Shown: in pieces, positions 29,589 to 37,050 of the stretch
How positions within the stretch are numbered: the stretch's first letter is position 1
Layout of the letters: every line of letters starts with the position of its first letter
Assembly: GCA_038063415.1 (NCBI GenBank)
Contig: JBBTVD010000011.1
Location: 779-64,778 of the forward strand
Reading direction: 5' to 3'
From: Patescibacteria group bacterium
GTDB lineage: Bacteria; Patescibacteriota; Microgenomatia; Levybacterales; UBA12049
Length of the DNA: 64,000 bases
Translations under genes and position numbers: made by a program
Notes under the pieces: generated by a model
Told to the model about the DNA's origin: nothing
Database searches by the model: none
Seen by the model: only the letters and a program-made list of their open reading frames with translations

Positions 29589-30932
29589 TCAATTATGATC
29601 TTCTGCTGAGAAAAGAAACTCCTTCGGAATCCTATGTTCAGTTGAACGTGCAAACACTTCCTCAGTAAGTTTCACAATATCAGGAACCTGTGGCAAGACT
29701 TCTTTTTGGAAGAACTGCATGATTATAGCATCTTTATAGGATTCTTTCTGCATGGCAAGATGAAATGCCACTTGAACCTCCTCGGGAGTCCCCACACAAT
29801 CAAACGGTTTAATTTCAGCCACACCCAACAATTCTTTATAGGTTGCAAGAAGCTCTTCCTTCGCCAGAAGGTTCTGTCCAAAGAGACGTACAACTTCATC
29901 TTGAGAAAGGAAAGCAGCAAGCATGATAAAGGCAAACGAACATTTGGCACACTCGCCACACCATTTCCGATCAGAGCCTTTCCCTGTAACCGTAAAGTTA
30001 CGATTGCAGCTGGAAAATACCGGGAAATAGGCAGGATACTGGACAAATGCTTTGGTAATCGCAAGCTCAGACAAGGGACGAAGCAAAGAGAAATAATGCA
30101 CACTAGGGGTAATAAATTGTGCTACATATGACTGAAAAAGCTTTTCAAATTCAAACGACTTACTCCATTGATGGTTAACCACATCCCCCAGATACGCTAC
30201 ATTGCCATAATTTGCACTGTGCTCATTGGAAACGACAACATAGCGGTAATCAGAGAGGATTGCCGTAAATAACCCGAGAAAAGCATATTGTGCAGAAACA
30301 GGGATATGTCCGTTATAAGTATTCTCCCGCTTATTCAGCTCAAAGAGCTGCGAGTCGAGTGTCCGAGTAATAGTCAGCTCTTCTCCTCCAAGTAGCTGTA
30401 TCACTGCATCCCGAAGCGGGTGCCTATTCACAACAAAGCTGGTAAACGACTTTACATGCTTTTTGAGCAGCTCTGCTGAAACAATCGAGTCTTTCCCTCC
30501 ACCAATACCGACCAACGAGCGATCTTTACGAGGAAACGTAATCGGCGATGTTGTCTGATCAGCCGTAAAAGGAAAGGTAATACTTCCTCGAAAATCAAGC
30601 TTATTTTGATAAAAGAATTCACCCAACCCTTTGGTATACACCGTATTCCAAAAATCTGCCTGATCACGAGTCAGGCTAAAGCCTTTAATGATAATCTCTG
30701 GTGGACAAAACAGCTTATAATAACTGATTCCCAACACCAACAGCAAGTTCTGTAACGCTGTTTTGAGAAGTTCTGGGGGAATAGTTGGATCTTTTACTAA
30801 TGAAGGAAAGAGAACAGTTTCGGTGAAGGAAAAAGATTCGTTGTTGTGTTTGATCTCATAGGTAAATGACGCTTCCCCCTGCCCTTCGTCAAAGCTATAG
30901 CCCTTAAAAATAAATACGCTGTTTTGTGGCAT
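29589..30932 (-). CDS. murL: UDP-MurNAc-L-Ala-L-Glu epimerase MurL-like protein
   Basis: GIGGGKDS PP-loop, NGHIPV, SNEHSAN, VNHQWSKS, FSSCNRNF, WCGECAKC, KPFDCVG. Confidence 0.85.
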   Translation of the reverse strand: MPQNSVFIFKGYSFDEGQGEASFTYEIKHNNESFSFTETVLFPSLVKDPTIPPELLKTALQNLLLVLGISYYKLFCPPEIIIKGFSLTRDQADFWNTVYTKGLGEFFYQNKLDFRGSITFPFTADQTTSPITFPRKDRSLVGIGGGKDSIVSAELLKKHVKSFTSFVVNRHPLRDAVIQLLGGEELTITRTLDSQLFELNKRENTYNGHIPVSAQYAFLGLFTAILSDYRYVVVSNEHSANYGNVAYLGDVVNHQWSKSFEFEKLFQSYVAQFITPSVHYFSLLRPLSELAITKAFVQYPAYFPVFSSCNRNFTVTGKGSDRKWCGECAKCSFAFIMLAAFLSQDEVVRLFGQNLLAKEELLATYKELLGVAEIKPFDCVGTPEEVQVAFHLAMQKESYKDAIIMQFFQKEVLPQVPDIVKLTEEVFARSTEHRIPKEFLFSAEDHN

Positions 30933-30960
30933 AGATGTTGCTGTATCCTTCTGATCTGTG

Positions 30961-31034
30961 TACCAGAGGTGGGGATCGAACCCACGACCTCAGCGTTATG
31001 AATGCTGTGCTCTAACCGACTGAGCTACCCTGGC
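30961..31034 (-). tRNA. tRNA with CAT anticodon (probably elongator tRNA-Met)
   Basis: GCCAGGG TAGCTCAGTCGGTTAGAGC A CAGCA TTCATAA CGCTG AGGTC GTGGG TTCGATC CCCAC CTCTGGT A cloverleaf. Confidence 0.92.
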
Positions 31035-31098
31035 AATTTATGCTCTATAGTATAGCAATTTGACCTGCCTGAACGCAAATGGTATACTAGTGGATACA

Positions 31099-31167
31099 CG
31101 CGGGGTAGTGTACGGTGCACGTGAGGCTCATAATCTTACAGGCTAGGTTCAACTCCTAGCCCCGCAA
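31099..31167 (+). tRNA. Initiator tRNA-fMet (CAT), minimal
   Basis: CGCGGGG/CCCCGCA acceptor with C1:A72 mismatch, CTCATAA loop, CTAGG TTCAACT CCTAG T-arm. Confidence 0.88.
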
Positions 31168-31281
31168 CAGAGAATTGTTTAATCACATAAAGATATCTAT
31201 ACTTCGACAAGGTTTAGCAAGGTTTAGCCTCAAATTAATGACTAATGCCTCTATCTAGAGTCACATGACAGTCACATTAGA

Positions 31282-31437
31282 TTATGCCCAAAGCTGATCG
31301 TGTAAGCAGGCGCCATTAGACAAAGCAGAAATATATTCCCCAATATCATCAGCACGAGAATTGTTTTGTTTGAATTCTACCCACTCAGTCTCTTTAGGTA
31401 GAGTAATTAAACGTTCTAATATCTCCGATTCTCCCAT
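31282..31437 (-). pseudogene. Truncated AlbA_2/Schlafen-like DNA-binding domain fragment
   Basis: ETEWVEFKQN...IGEYISALSNGA is typical of AlbA_2 N-termini, but the ORF stops after about 50 aa. Confidence 0.65.
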
Positions 31438-31538
31438 ATTATTATTTGCTATTATAACATCCTTTATAAAGGTCAACGTATAATATGCAACAGAACAATC
31501 TCTTGACACGTCTTTATCATCTATGAAACCATAGATCT

Positions 31539-32255
31539 ATGATCGAAGAAACGGTCGAAAAGCCACAGCTGCCCAGTAGCACACTCAGTCAAATACAAAA
31601 ATTACTGCTCCTTATCAAGCAAAATAAAACTTTAGCGCTTTTTCTGGGGTTTGCAATCCTCTTTGCGGCAGGCACAACTGCTTATTACTTCATCGCCCCG
31701 AGCCAACACAATCAATCGCAACTTTTTGCTCCTGTTAGACAAGAAGCAACTCTCCCACCACCATCGCCTACCGCTACAGACGCACCAACACCGACGCTCC
31801 CTCTCGTCACAATGCTTCCTAGCCCAACAGCAACCCCAAGTCCAACACCCACCTATAACCCACTTGCCTGGATTACCTATCCCAACGTACTGTATGGCTA
31901 TAGCGTACAATATCCACCAAATTGGTATGTCATTAGTCTTGGAGAACTCGAACCTATGGTACCCAACTATGTTGTCTTTAACCCCAACACCGCCTCAACG
32001 AGTGCGCAATCAATCACTATCTCAGTCAGCAAACGAACGTTTGAACAGCAGCTTGCCATCGGTGGAAATGGACAAAACACTTCGATTACCGTCGGAGGCA
32101 TCCCGGGAACGCTCCAAACATTACAAGACTCCGACGGCAATCAATCGTTGCTCGCAATTGTGCCCTTGACCAACACACTCCTGCTTTTCTATAGTGATAC
32201 GATGTTTACTACGATCTTTTATCAGATGCTCTCTTCGGTGAAGATTACTAACTAA
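31539..32255 (+). CDS. Membrane-anchored hypothetical protein (Pro/Thr linker plus PsbP-like YPxxW domain)
   Basis: TM segment, PT-rich linker, WITY...YGYSVQYPPNW. Confidence 0.75.
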   Translation: MIEETVEKPQLPSSTLSQIQKLLLLIKQNKTLALFLGFAILFAAGTTAYYFIAPSQHNQSQLFAPVRQEATLPPPSPTATDAPTPTLPLVTMLPSPTATPSPTPTYNPLAWITYPNVLYGYSVQYPPNWYVISLGELEPMVPNYVVFNPNTASTSAQSITISVSKRTFEQQLAIGGNGQNTSITVGGIPGTLQTLQDSDGNQSLLAIVPLTNTLLLFYSDTMFTTIFYQMLSSVKITN

Positions 32256-32509
32256 TGAATACCTGGTTTGTCTATATTTTGCTCTGTCGTGATACAAGTC
32301 TGTATACAGGAGCTTCTCCTGATCCAGAGGAAAGGTTTCTCACGCATCAAAAAGGTAAAGGGAGCAAATATACCAGGTCGCATCCTCCTTTAAAGCTCGT
32401 CTATCAAGAAGCCTGTGGGACTCATTCTAACGCTCTCAAACGTGAATTGGAGATTAAAAGCTGGAGTCGAGAGAAAAAGATTACACAGCTTGGCCTTATC
32501 TTAACGTAA
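32255..32509 (+). CDS. GIY-YIG nuclease family protein (YhbQ-like)
   Basis: WFVYILLC..SLYTG...R...H..GKGSKYT, ALKRELEIK. Confidence 0.92.
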   Translation: MNTWFVYILLCRDTSLYTGASPDPEERFLTHQKGKGSKYTRSHPPLKLVYQEACGTHSNALKRELEIKSWSREKKITQLGLILT

Positions 32510-32525
32510 GGTAGCAAAATGCTAG

Positions 32526-33698
32526 TTAATCAAGCGTTTTTTTAAAGTCATCCTCAGTAATTTTGTAGCGCATTGATTGGAAGATATACTGCACGAGTCG
32601 GTTGATTAAAAAAGCAATGGCTAAAAGTAACACAAGGTAAAAGAATCCCACGAACGAAATATTGGGGTATGCTATTTTCTCCAAATGAGCCAAGATTACC
32701 CCGACAATACCCACACTAGAGATAATAGTAAGTGCCGTAACGGCATTTTTGGTACTCGTTTGATTAAGCTCGTTAAAGATTTGAATGCCTGCATCGACGT
32801 ATTGCTTGGTCATCTTCCACAAGGATTTTACATAATCGAGCGTGTGTTGTAAGTTCTCATAGCGAAAAGCGAGTATCTTTGTCAGTACTTTTTCCCACCC
32901 ACTTTCTTTGACAATGGTTGCCCTAGTACTGATATAGAGGCCCATTTGCTCGATTCTCCCATCAATGAGTTCAATCGTCTTTTTGTAGCCTTCCAGTTCT
33001 TGTCGTTGTCGTTCAATATCCCGACCACTAATGGAGCCCTGCTCTTTAATTCTTTCTATCTTTTCCCAAATTATTCGGTGGAGATTGAGATATCGATGCA
33101 ACTGTGCTTTAAACTCACTAAAGAAGATAAGCATACCAATAAGCGATTCAATCTGCTCAAAGGACTCTTCTTCATTCAGCACAAAATGGGTGTCTCCCCG
33201 ATAAATGGCAACTGCTTTATCCTGCAATTCAAAATACTCTTCCTCTCCAAGTTCTTTCAGAAGCTTATCAACCGTTTCACGGCTAGCTTTCTTCGTAACA
33301 AGAAAATACGGATAAATTGGTTGCACTTTTGCCAACTCTTTAGGCACGGGAGCTCCCAAACTAAACAAATATTGTATGGCTGGCGCAAACTTTTTTTCAT
33401 AATAATCAGAAAGTTTTTCCTTTGCCTCTCCAAGTTCATGAAAAGAAAGCTTCATGACAACTAATCCATCTTCAAAAAAAGTGATAGCTATCCCACTTGT
33501 CGTCTCTATGACAAGTGATTCAAGCACATCAAGCTTATACGTTACTGTCTTCAACGTAAGATCCTGTTGGAGCTGCTTGAGCTTGGTTTTGTCCAGAGCA
33601 AGTGGGCTCGTTCCATCACGAAGGAAATCATACACTTCGGAAAGATGGAGCGATGTTCGCTGATACCAGTAGCCTAGATAGAGTTGATGAGGTGTCAT
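32526..33698 (-). CDS. Hypothetical protein with coiled-coil and two C-terminal TM helices (CorA-like architecture)
   Basis: 390-aa ORF with a long helical region followed by 2 TM segments. Confidence 0.65.
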   Translation of the reverse strand: MTPHQLYLGYWYQRTSLHLSEVYDFLRDGTSPLALDKTKLKQLQQDLTLKTVTYKLDVLESLVIETTSGIAITFFEDGLVVMKLSFHELGEAKEKLSDYYEKKFAPAIQYLFSLGAPVPKELAKVQPIYPYFLVTKKASRETVDKLLKELGEEEYFELQDKAVAIYRGDTHFVLNEEESFEQIESLIGMLIFFSEFKAQLHRYLNLHRIIWEKIERIKEQGSISGRDIERQRQELEGYKKTIELIDGRIEQMGLYISTRATIVKESGWEKVLTKILAFRYENLQHTLDYVKSLWKMTKQYVDAGIQIFNELNQTSTKNAVTALTIISSVGIVGVILAHLEKIAYPNISFVGFFYLVLLLAIAFLINRLVQYIFQSMRYKITEDDFKKTLD

Positions 33699-33724
33699 TA
33701 TATTCAGAATAGCACAAAAAAAAC

Positions 33725-34429
33725 CTAGAGAACACTCCCTTTTTTGTTATCTCGAAAAGAAAAATAGTCAGCTGGTGAAACAATTACATGATCAAGAAGC
33801 GCAATCCCCATAACCTCTCCTGCTTCCTGTATCCGATTGGTAAAAACAATATCATCATCAGAAGGTGTAGCGTCTCCTGAAGGATGATTGTGTGCCACGA
33901 GGATAAAAGCACAAGGGGTCTTCAGAGCAACACTAAAAATCTCTTTGGGCGTGATTTGGAGACTATTGAGGCTTCCTATGCCAACTATTTCTTTTTGGAG
34001 TAACTCATACCGGGCATTGAGATAAAAAACAACCAGATGTTCCTGACGTTTGAGGGCAAATTCACGAAGTTGTGCCAGAGCAGCTTCTGTTGAATTAAAA
34101 ACTACTTTGGCAAAAGAGGAAGGTGCAAACATCCGTTCTCCAAGCTCAAGTACTGCTGCCAAACGAGCCGCTTTACTTTTACCAATGCCGGGAATAGTCG
34201 CAAACTGTTCTTGGGAGAGACTTCCCCACTGTCGTAGTGGATATTTACGAAGCAAGGTATCACTCAGGGCAAGGACATTTTGACCTTTCCTACCGGTACC
34301 TAGGATAATCGCCAGAAGTTCTGCATCAGAAAGATTTCCTGAACCAACCGTTATAAGTTTTTCTCTCGGCCGAAGCGCAGATGGTAAGTCTTTAATTCTC
34401 CCCTTGCTTTTTAACTTTGAATTTTTCAT
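33725..34429 (-). CDS. radC: RadC/JAB domain protein
   Basis: RPREKL, LSDAELLAIIL.TG, GIGKSKA, HNHPSGD..PS..D, LLDHVI. Start revised to MKNSK. Confidence 0.95.
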   Translation of the reverse strand: MKNSKLKSKGRIKDLPSALRPREKLITVGSGNLSDAELLAIILGTGRKGQNVLALSDTLLRKYPLRQWGSLSQEQFATIPGIGKSKAARLAAVLELGERMFAPSSFAKVVFNSTEAALAQLREFALKRQEHLVVFYLNARYELLQKEIVGIGSLNSLQITPKEIFSVALKTPCAFILVAHNHPSGDATPSDDDIVFTNRIQEAGEVMGIALLDHVIVSPADYFSFRDNKKGSVL

Positions 34430-34454
34430 GCTAAGTATAGTATAATAAGAATAT

Positions 34455-34781
34455 ATGACAGATGTCACGCAGCAATCAAAAAAGACAAAAGAGCTCAGTG
34501 AACTTGCGCAACGTATCCGCAAAGCACGAAAAACGGCGCATTTATCACAACATGATTTAGGAGCCAGTGTTGGCGTTTCTGATAAATCAGTCTCTGCCTA
34601 TGAACAAGGTCGGAGTGTCCCTCCAATCAGTAAACTTAAAAAAATTGCTGACGCGACACAACATCCCCTTTCTTTCTTTACCCAAGAAAATGTTGATGAA
34701 GCAACGATTACAGCCAAGCTCCTCTCTATTGAACGAGAACTTACCGAGGTAAGAAAACTCCTCAAAGAGAAAAAGAAATAG
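34455..34781 (+). CDS. XRE-family HTH transcriptional regulator
   Basis: RIRKARK..LSQ.DLG..VGVS..SVSAYEQG, divergent from radC. Confidence 0.9.
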   Translation: MTDVTQQSKKTKELSELAQRIRKARKTAHLSQHDLGASVGVSDKSVSAYEQGRSVPPISKLKKIADATQHPLSFFTQENVDEATITAKLLSIERELTEVRKLLKEKKK

Positions 34782-34826
34782 TATTGCCTCTTGACAAACT
34801 AGATATTTCTCTCGTATCATGAGAGT

Positions 34827-35159
34827 ATGAAACAAAAATGTGGCATCATTTTTCTTGATGCATCTGAGGTTATTGTCCGTATCTACGAAGTTACTGATAA
34901 AGAATGGAGTCTCTTCTACTTTCACACAACGACGCTTCAGTTCAAAACCATACGATCCTTACATGTTACTGAAATTCTGGCTGATTTTTTTCTCACCAAA
35001 CCTGCCCAGGAAGTAAATGACTGGAAAATCTGTACCAGACAACTATCGCTCGCCCTGACAAATGAAGTCTCTCTAGCAACGGGTATGCAAATTGAACGGT
35101 TAACGCCTATCCGTGAACAAGAACTTCTTTGCCGAGGTATGTTCACTGAATTGTGGTGA
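34827..35159 (+). CDS. Hypothetical protein
   Basis: 110-aa ORF with TTGACA-18-TATCAT 6 nt upstream. Confidence 0.7.
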   Translation: MKQKCGIIFLDASEVIVRIYEVTDKEWSLFYFHTTTLQFKTIRSLHVTEILADFFLTKPAQEVNDWKICTRQLSLALTNEVSLATGMQIERLTPIREQELLCRGMFTELW

Positions 35160-35169
35160 AGGAAAATCG

Positions 35170-35523
35170 TTACTTTTGAGGGAAAAAGAGATCTATCCAT
35201 TTTTCCCAGTTTTGCCTATGAGGCGGTGGCGTTACTGAAGGGCTGGGAGCAAGCATACTTGTCGGAACGATTACAATATCTTCTCCCGGCTTTGCCAAAA
35301 AGAGCTTATTTCGTGCTTCTTCTTCGACAAACTGTGCTTTCGAAGCTTGTGCAAGTTTTTTCTGAAGCTCTTGGTTCTCTTGTTTTTCTTTATCCAAAGA
35401 TTGTTGTGAGCTAACAAGTAAATCTTTCTTCTGAAGCAGTGTATAAATAGAATTCACGAGGTTATTAATAATAACAATCGAAGCAATAATAACGATAAAA
35501 AAAGCTATTCTCTTTATTGCCAT
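35170..35523 (-). CDS. Septum formation initiator (FtsB/DivIC family)
   Basis: N-terminal TM, coiled coil, FVEEEARNKL.LAKPGE. Confidence 0.85.
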   Translation of the reverse strand: MAIKRIAFFIVIIASIVIINNLVNSIYTLLQKKDLLVSSQQSLDKEKQENQELQKKLAQASKAQFVEEEARNKLFLAKPGEDIVIVPTSMLAPSPSVTPPPHRQNWEKWIDLFFPQK

Positions 35524-35622
35524 GGTGAGATATAATCATAGTCTGTTTTCTACCAATTTGCAAAAACCCGTTTTTTTGCTTGACTATAAGCATTTTTATT
35601 GATATTATGGGACTTACTATTT

Positions 35623-36483
35623 ATGAAACCGATCAAAATAGACGACGCACATAAAGAATTCTTGGATTTTTTGAAAGCAAAGAAGCACTCAACGGCTACC
35701 GTTCTTGCCTATGGTAAAGATATTGATCAGCTCGCTTCTTTCCTTCAGGAACTTGAAAAGCATCATATTCATGATGTCTCAAAAGATGATATCCAGTCTT
35801 TCCTTGGAAAATTAGCTGAAAAAGGCTACACACCTAAGTCACTTTCTCGTAAACTTAACTCTACCCGTACTTTTTACCGTTTCTTAAAAGTGAATGAGTA
35901 TGTTACTGATGATCCTTCCCTCTTAGTATCACATCCACAGTATGAACTGGCTGCACCAAGAATCCTTAAGCCAACCGAATATAGAGCGCTTCGTGACGCT
36001 GCGCGCAATGATGCACGAATGTACGCTATTATCGAAATCCTTCTTCAGACTGGTATTCGTATTGGTGAACTCGCTGATCTGCGTGTTGGAGATATTAGAA
36101 CAGATGACCTCCTTATCAGACCTCATGAAAAACATGCCGAGAGACTTGTCCCTATTAATAAATCTGCTAAAGAAGCTCTTCATCGATATATGCAGACTCG
36201 TCCACAAATTGAAGATGATCACGTATTCGTAACGAAATCTGGCAAACCTTTCCTCGTCAGAAATATAAGAACAGCGATTGAGCGATATTTCCGAATCGCC
36301 GGAATTGAAAATGCAAAAGTGAACGACCTCCGCCATACGTTTGTCGCCCATCATTTGAAGCATGGGGTTTCACTCGTGCTACTCTCAAAGATTCTTGGAC
36401 ATCGAAGACTCTCAACAACCGAAAGATACCTTGAATACGTCCAAGACCGAGCAAAAGATACCACAACCCTCAGCGAGCTCTAA
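35623..36483 (+). CDS. XerC/D-like tyrosine recombinase
   Basis: SAM-like N-domain, LQTGIRIGE, NDLRHTF, LGH...TTERY. Confidence 0.92.
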   Translation: MKPIKIDDAHKEFLDFLKAKKHSTATVLAYGKDIDQLASFLQELEKHHIHDVSKDDIQSFLGKLAEKGYTPKSLSRKLNSTRTFYRFLKVNEYVTDDPSLLVSHPQYELAAPRILKPTEYRALRDAARNDARMYAIIEILLQTGIRIGELADLRVGDIRTDDLLIRPHEKHAERLVPINKSAKEALHRYMQTRPQIEDDHVFVTKSGKPFLVRNIRTAIERYFRIAGIENAKVNDLRHTFVAHHLKHGVSLVLLSKILGHRRLSTTERYLEYVQDRAKDTTTLSEL

Positions 36484-36486
36484 AGG

Positions 36487-36933
36487 ATGAAGCGGCTTGG
36501 AGAAAAGACAATTATCACAAATTTTCTCAAACAGCATACCCTTGCCACAATTGCTACTGTTAATCCAAAAAATCTTAAACCGGAATCTGCACTAATTGCT
36601 TTCGCAGAGCTTGAGAACTTAGAAATACTTTTTATAACGCTCGAGGGATCTCGTAAATACACGAACCTTCTACAAAATACTCAAGTCGCAATGGTTATTG
36701 GCTGGGATAAACACTATTGGAGAACCCTTCAATATGAAGGACTGGCAGTGAGTGTTGAACCCGCTGCTGTTGCTTACTATAAAGAACTCTTCTCACAGAA
36801 AAAAGATACACCGTGTACTGAGGTATTCCTTTCCAATCCAGACATGAAGCTCTTTAAGATTACACCAACGTGGATTGGGTACTCTGATTTCACTGGGAAA
36901 AAACCACAGGTAATTGAGCTGAAGAACTTCTAG
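36487..36933 (+). CDS. Pyridoxamine 5'-phosphate oxidase-like FMN-binding protein
   Basis: LATIATV..P, SRKYTNL..N..VA, LQYEG. Confidence 0.8.
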   Translation: MKRLGEKTIITNFLKQHTLATIATVNPKNLKPESALIAFAELENLEILFITLEGSRKYTNLLQNTQVAMVIGWDKHYWRTLQYEGLAVSVEPAAVAYYKELFSQKKDTPCTEVFLSNPDMKLFKITPTWIGYSDFTGKKPQVIELKNF

Positions 36934-36934
36934 G

Positions 36935-37006
36935 TGCGTCCGGCTGGAATCGAACCAACGACATGGTGTGTATAAGACACCTGTTCTACCGCTGAACTAC
37001 GGACGC
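36935..37006 (-). tRNA. tRNA-Ile (anticodon TAT)
   Basis: GCGTCCG TA GTTC AGCGGTA GAAC A GGTGT CTTATAC ACACC ATGTC GTTGG TTCGATT CCAGC CGGACGC A. Confidence 0.9.
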
Positions 37007-37050
37007 ATAATGAGGCTCATTGTAACAAACGGTTCTCAAAAAAACAAATG

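Noticed and set aside
32255-32509. GIY-YIG protein as the mobiliser of the repeats
   Set aside because: It is not flanked by any repeat and looks like an ordinary YhbQ-type gene, so no link can be supported from this window.
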